From positions 256,118,812 through 256,182,811 of the forward strand of contig NC_085844.1 in the NCBI RefSeq assembly GCF_035594765.1: a stretch of 64,000 nt of DNA, given 5' to 3'. This DNA comes from Anolis carolinensis (Eukaryota). This document shows positions 31,645 to 43,859 of this stretch, piece after piece (within the stretch, counting starts at the first letter, position 1; each line of letters opens with the position of its first letter). Below the pieces are notes generated by a model. It was given only the letters and a program-made list of their open reading frames with translations. It was not told where the DNA came from and did not search any database. The translations under genes and the position numbers were made by a program.

Positions 31645-33608
31645 ATTTTATGCCTTAAAAACAATAGAAAATTAAAATGTACATTTAAAATAGACTAAGA
31701 AAATACAATTAAACAATTTTAAAGACATTTTAAAACCAAACCAAACAATCACATTTAATAATATAACATAATCCACAAGCATAATCTGGACCTTTCCTAT
31801 AGTTTTTACAGATCCTTCCATATCTGTTTATTGCATTAGTTCATGGAGGCCATGAAGCCCTGAGCCGCTCCTGACAGGATGGTCTCAGCGTGGACATTGA
31901 AGTCCCTCAGCACTATGAGCCGTTGGGACTCCAATGGCAGGCCCGAGACCACCCCAGCTAGCTCAGGCAGGGAGACTGTAGTGCAGAGGGGTGTCGGTAC
32001 ACTCACAGAATCCCTATCCTGTCCCGGTCACAGACCCTCAGGCTGACACATTTGAAAGTGGTTGACTGCGAGATGGGACACCTGGTCAGGGAGATGGAAT
32101 CCATATACGGCGACCTATTGCGCCAAATTGCTATGTGTGTGTGTGTAAAGACATCCTTGCAAAGTTGCTTGCTTTCTCTGCAAAAAGGGAGCTGAGAGCT
32201 TTTTGCAGAGGCAAGCCACGCCTCAAACAATGTATCAGTTTGCTGGCAGATGGCTTGGTTTGTCAGTTGGAAATCTGCTTGTAGAGAGAGCACAGAAAAG
32301 ACAGGCTCTCTAGCTACGGTCAAGTGGCAGTTTTAAATATGCTATGCTGGATATATTGAATGCTGATTGATTAGTTATTGATCCTATGCAACTACAAGGA
32401 CATTGTATGATTGCTGAACTGTTTATTTGACTTCAACTCAACAAGTAAAGTTTTCTTTGTTCTTTCAATTCCTCTGCCTGGTCTGAGTCTTTTGAACATG
32501 GTGTTAACTGGACGCTGCTGGTTCCGCTATACACACCTGCTAGACTGCGAGATGGGACACCTGGTCAGGGAAATGGAATCCATATACTGCAACCCCCCCC
32601 CCCCCCAGATCTCTGGTGGGCAAAGCTGGCCGAGATTAACTCTCCCCCCCCCCCCCCAGCTTCGTCCAACCAGGTCTCCCCGCTGCCCTACAATTTCCAG
32701 GTCCCTCCCCCAACCTCCTCCAAGTGCAAATGGAAAGTGCAAAGGGTTTAGGAGCCCCATGAGTGCATTGAGCAGGTCTGGAAATCTATAAAGGGCAAAG
32801 CAGGTTATAAGATTTTACAACTAGTGGGTAAATTAATTAAATTCAATTCAATTAAATAAAGTGCCAGTACAGGACTACGTCATAGCAGCATAGATAACTC
32901 AATATAGAGGGACCAAGTTTTAGCAGCATAGGTAATTCGTAGCAGCAATAATTATTAAATTTTGTTAAGGTGGTATTCATAGTTGGAACAGACTCAGAGT
33001 TCCGATAGGCCCTTAATAAGATGTTAATAAGATGTTAAGGCAGCAGGATTGTAATGGGCCAGAGGGGGATAATGAGGGACAGGATCTGGGCCTTCTGTGG
33101 CTGCAGCAGCGCTCGTGGGCTGCCTCCCAAGGGGCGAGGGCTCACCGAGGGACGTCTCCCCAGATCTCCCTCGGCCAGGCCCTTGCCAGAGGAAAGAGTT
33201 TCCTCCAGCAATGGCCTGGCCGAGGAAAACCCTCCCTTGGAGGGAAAGGCGTCCCCTCAGGAAACGAGGAGTGTGCCGCGGGTTTTCCTCAGCCAGGCCA
33301 TTGCTGGAGGAAACTCCCTTCTCCGGCAAGAGCCTGGCCGAGGGAGATCCGGGGAGACGTCCCTCGGCGAGCCCTCGCCCTATCCGAACCATTCAGTTAT
33401 CCGAGATTGGGCCCGCCCCTTTATCTCGGATAACCGGGGCTCTACTGTAGTTCGAAAACTGCAGTGAGTGCAAAGATCAGCATCTAGATTACTAACTGGA
33501 GTGTTGTATCGTGAGAAGATGACTCGCATGCTGCGACAGCTCCACTGGTTGCCGGTCCACTTCTGGGTTAAATGCAAAGTGTTGAGCGTTACCTATAAAG
33601 CCCTAAAC

Positions 33609-34326
33609 CAGGGGTCCTCAAACTTTTGAAGTGGAGGGCCAGTTCATGGTCCCTCAGACTCTTGCAGGGCCGAATTATCATTTGAAAAAAAATATGAACA
33701 AATTCCTATGCACACTGCACATGTCTTATTTGTAGTGCAAAAAAACCCCAACAACAATTATTTATTTTTTATTTACTACATTTATATCCCACCCTCTCTC
33801 ACCCCGAAGGAGTCAGAGCAGCTTACAAGTTGTATGTACATACAATATATTATATTATTAGCATAGCACAATATTAGCATTATATATTACTATATTGTAC
33901 TATACCACTATATGGTAATATTATTAGTAATATTAAATTTAATATATAATGTATAATTAATATATTATATTATTATTAATATTATTATATTGTATGACAT
34001 TATAATAATATTATTAATAATATAATATGTATACACAATATATTATATTATTACTATAGCACAGTATTGGTAAATGAAAGAACAATACAATATTTAAAAA
34101 TAAAAACAATTTTAACCAACATAAACCTATCAGGATTTCAATGGGAAGTGTGGGCCTGCTTCTGCCCAATGATATAGTCAAGTTAAGTAGGATTGTTGTT
34201 ATTGTTGAGTGCCTTCAAGTCATTTCAGACTTTGGGTGAGCCTAAGTCTAAAACTGAGGGCGGGGGCCAGGTAAATGACCTTGGAGGGCCGCATCTGGCC
34301 CCCGGGCCTTAGTTTGGGGACCCCTG
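33609..34326. mobile_element. hAT MITE (opposite orientation to 4920) in an old L2 3' fragment
   Basis: TIRs; 8-bp TSD CCCTAAAC (33601-33608 and 34327-34334). The flanks join to L2 TYKALN|STGPG. Confidence 0.92.
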
Positions 34327-34959
34327 CCCTAAACAGTACGGGTCCAGGCTGTTTGTCAAATCGCATCTCCCTGTCTAGATCATCACGTGCACTGCGGTCT
34401 ACAGAGGAGGTCCTCCTCTCAGTGCCACACCCATCACAAGCTCGGTTGATGGGAACGAGAGAGGGTGCCTTCTCTGTGGTTGCTTCCCATCTCTGGAACT
34501 CCCTCCCTACAGAAATTAAATTGGCCCCCACCCTCCTCTCCTTTAAAAAAACTTCTAAAAATGCACATATGACCTTTAGTGTATGGGGAGGGGAAGAATT
34601 AGGACTGATAGCTAATCTACGTGTATTAGATGGCTCTTATGATACATCTTAAATGAAACACCATTATCAGCCATTTTAATGCAATATCTCATAATTTGTT
34701 TTAGGGTGTAAATTATAATGTTTATGTTTTAGTTTTTATGTCTTAATGGATTGTTCTTCTTTTTATTTTATTTTGATTCTTAATTCCTTTGTTGTAAGTT
34801 TTCTGTTGTTACTCTCCATTATTTTGTATTATTTTGATGTGTCTGTACCTATTTTGAGGCATTGAAGGTTTGCTTTTTCATGTGTAGACCTCCCTGAGTC
34901 CTTCTGGGGAGAGAGGATGGTCTAGAAATAAAGTATTATTATTTATTATTATTATTATA

Positions 34960-35682
34960 GATATGCTGGATTTCGTATCACAAAATCACAAGTCGAACAC
35001 TTCCCAAGTGTCTAGGACTGTGTGATGTATTTTCGGATGATGCACACAGATCCCAGCAGGGTGGCCTTTTGCAGTTGGCAGATCGTAATTTTGTCAATGT
35101 CTATTGTTTCCAAATGCCAGCTGAGATCTTTTGGCACAGTACCCAGTGTGCCCATCACCACCGGGACCATCTGCACTGGTTTCTGCCAGAGTCTTTGAAG
35201 TTCAATCTTGAGGTCCTGAGTTTTTCCTGTTGTTTTTCGTCAATGCGACTGTCACCTGGGATAGCGACATCAATGATCCAAACCTTTTTCTTTTCCACAA
35301 CTGTGATGTCTGGTGTGTTGTGTTCCAGAACTTTGTCAGTCTGGATTCGGAAGTCCCACAGTACCTTTGCGTTTTCATTTTCCAATACTTTTGCAGGTTT
35401 GTGATCCTGCCAGTTCTTTACTGCTGGGAGGTGGTACTTGAGGCATAAGTTCCAATGAATCATTTGGGCCACATAGTTGTGCCTCTGTTTGTAGTCTGTC
35501 TGTGCGATTTTCCTACAGCAGCTGAAGATATGATCAATGGTTTCGTCAGCTTCCTTGCACAGTCTGCATTTTGGGTCATCAGCTGATTTTTCGATCTTGG
35601 CCTTAATTGCATTTGTTCTGATGGCTTGCTCCTGGGCTGCAAGGATCAGGCCTTCTGTCTCCTTCTTCAGGGTCCCATTCGT
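34960..35682 (-). mobile_element. R4/Dong-clade non-LTR retrotransposon, 3' fragment
   Basis: CRLC...HIFSCC knuckle, RHN and PDITVV...IIDVAIP restriction-like endonuclease motifs; flanked on both sides by (TTA)n. Confidence 0.85.
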
Positions 35683-37468
35683 ATTATTATTATTACTTTT
35701 AATTGTGCAAAGGCTTTCCCAGCCATGGCTGACACTTGGGCTTCTAGGCTCAGCGCTGAGCCCAGGAGGACCCACAGCCTGCGGACCTGTGTCCTCAGGG
35801 GGAGTGTGACACCGTCGAGCACAGGTTAAATGTGCAAATGCCCTCCTAGCCACTGCTAACACATAAGTTTCAAGTGTCGGTTATGAATGCTGAGCACAGG
35901 TTACCAGCCTAGAGCGCAATCAGCCTCCCGACTGACCAGGAGGACCTCTGGATTATGCTTAAGTTTCTTAGCCCTCATCCAGCCCATCACAACTGCCAGG
36001 CACTGGTCCAGGACCCAGGGTTGATGGTATCGCAAGCAGCTGGTCCTCCTGTCCCTGCTAGTTTGCTATGGAGGTCATCCACCAAGGCGACCAAAACTGT
36101 CTCCATCCCATGACCAGGTCTGAACCCAGACTGATGCGTCAAGATAACTGGTTTCATCCAAGAATCCCTGGACTTGAGTAGCCACCACCTGCCCTAGAAT
36201 CCTGCTCAAGACGGGAGATTTGAAATAGGCCGACAGTTGTTTAATGCCGAAGGGTCCAGGCTGATCTTTCTCAAAATTGGGCTTACGGCCGCCTTTTTCT
36301 GGTATGTTGTCCCAATGAAGCATTTACAATTCTTGTAATCCATTTGGCCAATCCCCTTCTGGCTAATTTAATAAGCCAGGAGGGTCAAGGGTCTAGAGCA
36401 CATGTGGTCGCCCTCACAGCTCCAAGACCCTTCCCCACATCATCTGGCTGAACAAACATCCATCAAAATAGGACAGATTGGGGCCTCGGGTACATTTACT
36501 GGTACTGCCGCAATGCTGGAGTCTGCATGCCATCCTGGGGCTCATCTGAGGGAGTGAATCGCCCAAAGGGGACGTTGTTCAGCAAAGACGCATTTTGTGA
36601 ACATCCCAACAAGTTGGTTTCAATTTTTTCATTGGGGAGGCAGGGTCTGAATTGGTGGTAGGATTCCTTTGGGGAAAGGCAGGGAATTTGGTGGCAGCAG
36701 GCATCTAATTTGGGGTACTCAGGAAGAGGACGTGGGAGCCATTGTGGGAAAGGAGGCAGCACTGTAATCTTTGTGTCCCTTGGCATTTAGCACATCCTGG
36801 TCATTCAGAGAAACCCACTATCCAGTGAGTGAAACCCTTTATTATTGGAAAGAGCCATATTTGTGTTTGACCCAATGAAATCAATGTGATGCTCCAATAC
36901 ATTGAAGGAGTTTGTTTTTTTAAAATTTTAAACAATTATATTCCACCCTCCTCCTCACCCCGAAGGAGACTCAGAGTGGAGCACAACATATATACAGCAA
37001 ACATTAAATGCCGTAAAATAAAATAGACCATAAACATACATAAAGAGTCCCTCCTTTTCTTCTTTCTTTCTAGACGCACTCCTTTTTAAGAATCAGTGAA
37101 TGCCTTTGCTGGTATCTGTGTATGCGCTTGAGACTGTGATGCCTGCATTTCTTGGTATATGTGATTGAGATTGTATGTGATTGAGACCCTGAGGACATTT
37201 TCAGCATGACCTATGAAGAGAAAAATCTTGGAGGTAAACAAGGTTTCTGGCTTTCATCCTTGACCTTTTGCTTCTTTCTTGACCAGGGAAAATGAGGATT
37301 GTGTGGAGCCACCTCTTGAGTGCAGTAAGGAAACCAATAATATCGGAAGAAAAAATCCTCTCAAGCTGATGGTCTTGCTGAATTCCTGATCTCAATTACA
37401 GAGAAGAAAGGAAAAAGAAGAGTCGAGTATATGCATCGCAATTAAACTCCCATATCACTGTTGAAATC

Positions 37469-39901
37469 ATGGAGAAAGCATCTGAATACCTGGAGTGTGG
37501 ACAGAGTTTCACTCAGAGGCAACATCTGCAGCAACATGAAAGGATTCACACTGGGGACAAACCCTATACCTGCCTGGAGTGTGGACAGAGTTTCACTTCT
37601 AGTTCAGGTCTTCGTTTACATCAGCGGACTCACACTGGGGAAAAACCCTATACATGCCTGGAGTGTGGAAAGAGCTTTGCTCAGAATTCAGTTCTACATA
37701 AACATGAAAGGATTCACACAGGGGAGAAACCGTATACATGCCTGGAATGCGGAAAGAGCTTCAGTGAGAGTGGAAGCCTACATTTGCATCAAAGGACTCA
37801 CACTGGAGAGAAACCCTATACATGCCAGGAGTGTGGACAGAATTTTACTTTTAGTTCAGGTCTACGTTCACATCAACGAACTCACACTGGGGAAAAACCC
37901 TATACGTGCCCAGAGTGTGGAAAGAGCTTCAGTGAGAGCGGAAGCCTACGTTTGCATCAAAGGATTCACACTGGAGAGAAACCTTATACATGCCTGGAGT
38001 GTGGAAAGAATTTTACTTATAGTTCAGGTCTACGTTCACATCAACGGACTCACACTGGGGAAAAACCCTATACATGTCTGGAGTGTGGACAGAGCTTCAC
38101 TCATAGTTCAGGTCTACGTAAACATCAACGAACTCACACTGGGGAAAAACCCTATACATGCCTGGAATGTGGACAAAGTTTTATTCAGAGTTCAGGTCTA
38201 CGTTCACATCAAAGGACTCACACTGGAGAGAAACCTTATACATGTCTGGAGTGTGGACAGAGCTTTATTCAGAGTTCAGGACTACGTTCACATCAACGGA
38301 CTCACACTGGGGAAAAACCTTATACATGCCTGGAGTGTGGCCAGAGCTTTATTCAGAGTTCAGGTCTGCATTCACATCAGCGGATTCACAGTGGGGAAAA
38401 ACCCTATACATGCCTGGAGTGCGGAAAGAGTTTCACTCGAAGCCATCATCTTCAGCAACATGAAAGGATTCACACAGGGGAAAAACCCTATAGATGTCTG
38501 GAGTGTGGAAAGAGCTTCACTGAGAGTGGAAGCCTACGTTTGCATCAGCGGACTCACACTGGAGAGAAACCATATACATGCCTGGAGTGTGGTCAGAGCT
38601 TCACTCAGAGTTCAAAACTACGTTCACATCAATGGATCCACATTGGGGAGAAACCCTATAAATGCTTGGAGTGTGGAAAGAGCTTTGCTCAGAATTCAAT
38701 TCTACATAAACATCAAAGGACTCATACAGGAGAGAAACCTTATACATGTTTGGAGTGCGGAAAGAGCTTCACTGAGAGTGGAAGCCTACATATGCATCAA
38801 AGAATTCACACTGGAGAGAAACCCTATACATGCCAGGAGTGTGGACAGAGTTTTACTTATAGTTCAGGTCTACGTTCACATCAACGCACTCACATTGGGG
38901 CAAAACTTTATACATGCCTGGAATGTGGACAGAGCTTCACTCATAGTTCAAGTCTACGTTCACATCAACGGACCCACACTGGGGAAAAGCCCTATACGTG
39001 CCTGGAGTGTGGACAGAGCTTCTCTCATAGTTCTGGTCTTCGTTCGCATCAAAGGACTCACAGTGGAGAGAAACCCTATACATGCCTGGAGTGTGGAAAG
39101 AGCTTCAGTGAGAGTAGAAGTCTATGTTCGCATCAAAGGACTCACACTGGCGAGAAACCCTATACATGCCTGGAGTGTGGACAGAACTTCACTCATAGTT
39201 CTGGTCTACGTTCACATCAACGGACTCACACTGGGGAAAAACCCTATACATGCCTGGAATGTGGAAAGTGTTTTACTCGGAAGGATCATCTGCAGCAACA
39301 TGAAAGGATTCACACTGGAGAGAAACCGTATACATGCCTGGAATGCGGAAAGTGCTTCACTGAGAGTGGAAGCCTACGTTCACATCAACGGACCCACACT
39401 GGAGAGAAACCCTATACATGCCTGGAGTGCGGAAAGAGCTTCAGCGAGAATGGAAATCTACGTTCCCATCAAAGGACTCACACTGGGGAAAAACCTTATA
39501 CATGCCTGGATTGTGGAAAGCGCTTCTCTCGTAGTTCAGATCTACGTTCACATCAAAGAACTCACAGAGGAGAGAAACCCTTTATATGCCTGGAGTGCGG
39601 AAAAAGCTTTGCTCAGAATTCAGTTCTATGTAAACATGAAAGGACTCACACTGGAGAGAAACCCTATATGTGCCTCGAATGTGGAAAGAGTTTCTCCCAG
39701 AGGGATCATCTGCAGCAACATGAAAGTACTCATGCTGGGGAGAAACCTTATAAATGCCAGGAGTGTGGACATAGCTTCACTTATAGTTCAAGTCTAATTT
39801 CGCATCAGAGGATTCACATCCTGGAGTCTGGAAAGACCTTCTCTGAGAGTTCAAATCTACATCAATTTGGAATTCACACTGAAGAGAATAGTAGCATTTG
39901 A
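37469..39901 (+). CDS. C2H2 zinc-finger protein, 27 intact fingers + 1 degenerate N-terminal finger (ZNF gene 2, 810 aa)
   Basis: ATG in a good context (atcATGG), uninterrupted TGEKPY-linked array, natural-looking degenerate C-terminus. Confidence 0.9.
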   Translation: MEKASEYLECGQSFTQRQHLQQHERIHTGDKPYTCLECGQSFTSSSGLRLHQRTHTGEKPYTCLECGKSFAQNSVLHKHERIHTGEKPYTCLECGKSFSESGSLHLHQRTHTGEKPYTCQECGQNFTFSSGLRSHQRTHTGEKPYTCPECGKSFSESGSLRLHQRIHTGEKPYTCLECGKNFTYSSGLRSHQRTHTGEKPYTCLECGQSFTHSSGLRKHQRTHTGEKPYTCLECGQSFIQSSGLRSHQRTHTGEKPYTCLECGQSFIQSSGLRSHQRTHTGEKPYTCLECGQSFIQSSGLHSHQRIHSGEKPYTCLECGKSFTRSHHLQQHERIHTGEKPYRCLECGKSFTESGSLRLHQRTHTGEKPYTCLECGQSFTQSSKLRSHQWIHIGEKPYKCLECGKSFAQNSILHKHQRTHTGEKPYTCLECGKSFTESGSLHMHQRIHTGEKPYTCQECGQSFTYSSGLRSHQRTHIGAKLYTCLECGQSFTHSSSLRSHQRTHTGEKPYTCLECGQSFSHSSGLRSHQRTHSGEKPYTCLECGKSFSESRSLCSHQRTHTGEKPYTCLECGQNFTHSSGLRSHQRTHTGEKPYTCLECGKCFTRKDHLQQHERIHTGEKPYTCLECGKCFTESGSLRSHQRTHTGEKPYTCLECGKSFSENGNLRSHQRTHTGEKPYTCLDCGKRFSRSSDLRSHQRTHRGEKPFICLECGKSFAQNSVLCKHERTHTGEKPYMCLECGKSFSQRDHLQQHESTHAGEKPYKCQECGHSFTYSSSLISHQRIHILESGKTFSESSNLHQFGIHTEENSSI

Positions 39902-40127
39902 CCCCCAAGAAGCTTTCCATACTTTCATGTTGTTGACAAACATTTTAGACAGGCATTCTTTTGTGACATGGTAATTCAGTTTCACTAGCAAACCAACCAA
40001 TTAAACCAACCCCATATATAGGTATTTTTGTTGTTTATTGGTTCAGTTGTTTCTGATTCTTCGTGACCTCATGGACCAGCCCATGCCAGAGCTCACTGTC
40101 GGCTGTCACCACCCCAGCTCCTTCTTA

Positions 40128-40599
40128 CAAGGGCTATCCACAAAGTAGCTTACGTTTTGGATTTTGAAAAGGACAAAGAATAGGAGAAATCATTTACCAT
40201 ATGCAGCTGAAAGACACATTCCAATACTACAATCTCACGTAATCCCCACTGAAATCTAGGCACATCTCATATAGATAAATGAGTTTGAAAAGGTCTGCCC
40301 CAGTAAATTTGCCGCCTCTCTCCTCCATTTCCAACAATGGGGGCATGGCTGGCAGCACGGTGTTTCGGCTACGCTGCAGGAAGGGAGAAGGGGGAAGAGC
40401 TGAGGACACAAGCAGGGAATTTACTGGGGCAGTACATTTCAAACTCATTTATCTATATGAGACGTGCCTAGATTTCAGTGGGGATTACGTGAGATTGTAG
40501 AATTGGAATGTGTCTTTCAGCTGCATATGTTAAATGATTTCTCCTATACTTTGTCCTTTTTAAAATCCAAAACGTAAGCTACTTTGTGGATAGCCCTCT
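40128..40599. mobile_element. Mariner-like MITE with about 180-bp TIRs
   Basis: Arms about 40128-40310 and 40418-40599 are reverse complements; TA at both ends. Confidence 0.85.
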
Positions 40600-42274
40600 T
40601 ATATAGAGATAATTTTCATATAATCTTTTCTGTATAAGCATTTATTGTGTAGTTTCCTCTATAGCTGCTCCTCGTAGTTCATCACAAACATCATTATCAA
40701 CCATTTTATTTTCTTAACTAGAAACCTATCAATTTCACTGGTAATTGCTGCAACTCAACAAATTGTGTTGATGACAAAAGTCATAACAGAATCTACACTT
40801 GAACACACCAGCACTCCACTTCTGTAGTGATTAAACCTTCCTGAATGTTTTTAAAGAGAGGCTGGATAGCCTTCCACAGGTGCTTTGACTGTGTCTTCCT
40901 GGCTGGCTGAAGGGGGCTGGACTAGATGCCCTTTGGGGGTCTCTTCCAACCCCTGTGACTCCTGGGGGTCTGGAGTCTCCTTTGGAGGATTTAGAGCTGA
41001 TGTGGGAGGGCTGTTTGTTGGGAGGGCTTAAACTGTGTCTTCCTGGCTGGCTGAAGGGGGCTGGGCTGGATGCTTTTTGGGGGTCTCTCCCAGTGGGGGT
41101 GGGGGGAGCCATTTTCTATGTGACACACCTGTGGACTACAGCCGACACCCTTGTGTGTCATGGCACACAATTTGGACGGCTCTGGTCTGAGACATACAAA
41201 GGCAATGCTTGTTAAAGCTGAAAAGCGAGGGCATAACCTTGGGATATTGTTATCATATTGTGGTGCCTCTGCAGAAAGGCCCATAAATATTGAACTCAGA
41301 GGCATACGATGCTGGAAATAAATGGTTAAGTTATCAGTTGGAAGAGTGTTGCCCAAAGCAGAAGTGTCCTTACATACGATTATCTAAAGGGAGGAGAATA
41401 AGAAGGGGTGCAATCCACTCAGTGTGACGGTCTTAGAATTAGACCCAGGTCTGTTTGTTTGTTAATGTGCTTTGTGTGTCTCTATAGGAGTGTTTTATTG
41501 GGGTGTGTTTTCCCTGATTTATTTTTGTAGTTTTTGGTAATAACCAATCAGTGAGCTGTGTAGCTTTAGCCTTGTATATTATGGAATTAAACTGGATTAA
41601 ATAAGAAGTTTGGTAAAATCAGATAAAATTAAATTACAAAAATGTTTTATTTAATAAGTTCATCGCCATGACAAGATGCCCTGTTTTGGGAGAGAAAGAG
41701 ATCTCGATCATGAATTTGGTTCTGCAGCGAACCGAGGGTAGATCCTCCCTAGAAAGAAAACAAGTCAGTTTGACATTCGGATCCCAGTGGGTGGTTCTCA
41801 CCATATCCAGAAGTGGTTGTAAATACTGGGATCTCACCTTGCCATATAAACAACAGTCGAACAGGATATGCACCATGCCCTCAATGGCTGGAGCGTCACA
41901 GATGCAGATTCTTTCATGATAATGGATTTGGTTATTTGAATCATCCTGTTCTTTCCATAGAATTAAGTTGCTGCAGTCTTGCTCTGGTCAAGACCGTTCT
42001 CTGTCTCTGCATGAGGTTCATCCTAAGGGACTTTTCTGTGCCAAGTATTATGATATTTTTGCCTAGGAAGTTGAAAGATTGGAGCTGTTCAACAAAGCTG
42101 TGCTCTGAGATCACTTGGGATTATTTTCTGTGATTATATGTATTCATTATATATGTCTTAATTATAATTCTTCTGGGGACGTGAGCACAATATTTAATTT
42201 TATATTTCTTATATTGTATATTTTTCTATGTTAATTCCTTCCGTTTAGTTGATATTTTACTATTGATAATGATG

Positions 42275-42448
42275 CTGGGTAAAAAGGAAGAGGGGCTGAC
42301 CAAGGGCAAGATGGATGAATGTTATTCTTGAAGAAACTGGCTTGACCTTGAAGGAGCTGGGGGTGGTGATGGCCGACAGGGAGCTCTGGCATGGGCTGGT
42401 CCACGAAGTCACAAAGAGTCGGAAGCGACTGAACGAATAAACAACACC
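42275..42448 (+). mobile_element. RTE/BovB-type LINE 3' end (second fragment on minus at about 40030-40124)
   Basis: ggcatgggctggtccacgaagtcacaaagagtcggaagcgactgaacgaataaacaac tail. Confidence 0.7.
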
Positions 42449-42545
42449 TTTTATTATTATTATATGTTTTCATGATAACCTTACATCGGTGCGGCAGCAA
42501 AAAAGGCCAATGCGATTCTTGGATGCACCCAGAGGCCTTGTTGAG

Positions 42546-43248
42546 TCTCTATATATAAAAATGTGTGTTTTACTATGGAGTAAACAACAAAACCACTGAA
42601 CCAAATCACACCAAATTTGGCCACAAAAGACATAGTCATCCAAAATATGTCTTTCAAACAAACAAAATAGAAAAATAAAGTCCAAATTACACAACCAGGA
42701 AAAGCCATTTTTTCCCTACCTGCTAGTTAGAAGGGTAGGCACCGCCCACTTTGTCTCCTAGCAACCCACTCAGCCAGAATGGTGCCCAGGGCCTCTTCAC
42801 TCAGGCCTCTTCTTGCTGCACTGAGACTATTCATTGCTATTCAACCTGGCCAACCAAGAATTCCACAAGGTAGAAAGCGGCCAGGTTTGCAAGCAGCAAG
42901 GCTATTCAGCATTGTTCAACCTGGCCAACCAGGAGTTCCCCTACATAGAAAACCCTCAGGTTTTGAAGCCACGAGGCTACTCCATCCCATTCAACCTGCC
43001 CAAGGAAAAATGCCCCTATATAGAAAGTGGCCAGGCTTTGAAGCAGCAAGGTTATTCAGTGCAACTCAAATTGGGCAAAAAAACCATTCCCCTAGAACAT
43101 AAGCAGCAAGCCTATTCCATTGTATTCTAGCTCACTAAACAAGAAGAAAACGGCCAGGCTTTGAGGCCACAAGGCTATTTACTGCTATTCCATCTGGTCA
43201 ACAAATGATTCCCTTAAACCACAGCAACGCGTGGCCGGGCACAGCTAG
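42546..43248 (+). mobile_element. Non-autonomous Helitron
   Basis: 5' TC(TA)n AAAATG; 3' cacagcaacgcgtggccgggcacagCTAG|T; internal tandem repeats of about 60-70 bp. Confidence 0.8.
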
Positions 43249-43449
43249 TTATTCTTATTATTAAAAACATGCCAAAGGAATTGAAATCAACTTATAGTAA
43301 AAACCAAAAGAAATACAATTTAAAATCGCAAAATATATAACCATTAAGAGAATTAAATTTTCATAGTATTAAAAAGTGGGAGAAGCCATGCTGCAAGAGT
43401 AGCTAGACTCATTGCCTTATCCTCCGCAACTTAATGGATTTATAAACCA

Positions 43450-43691
43450 CTAGCTTTGCTCGGCCACACGTTGCTGTGGCTTATGGGAATCCTTTGTTAG
43501 CCAGATGGAATACCAGTGAATAGCCTTGCAGTCTCAAAGCCTGGCCGTTTTCTGGAGTAGCTGGAGCTTTTTGTTGTATGAACGTAGAGGCATGGATGAG
43601 GGGTTGTGCTGCCAAGTTTGGTGTTTCTGGGATGTGTAGTTTTGTTGTTTTGTCCTAGGCCAAAATTTCATTACTCTTTTATATATATAGA
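43450..43691 (-). mobile_element. Short non-autonomous Helitron
   Basis: Same termini in reverse orientation; A|T target, no TSD. Confidence 0.8.
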
Positions 43692-43859
43692 TTGCCTAAA
43701 AACATTTCAGTGATTTAGAAGCAAAGAGATTATCTTCTATGGCCTGGGAAAACTAAAGAGCTCATTAAAAATAATGAGAAGTGTCCTGGACACATATAAA
43801 TCTTAAATCCACAAGCTGAGAGCAGTGAAAAACAAGAGGAATCACTCCAAGGCTGCCTG

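Noticed and set aside
37469-39901. PRDM9 or another named ZNF orthologue
   Set aside because: No PR/SET, SSXRD or KRAB exon seen; lineage-specific arrays cannot be named by eye.
40128-40599. Long hairpin as an ncRNA/miRNA gene
   Set aside because: Explained by MITE terminal inverted repeats with TA ends. It could still form dsRNA if it lies in the gene 2 3' UTR.
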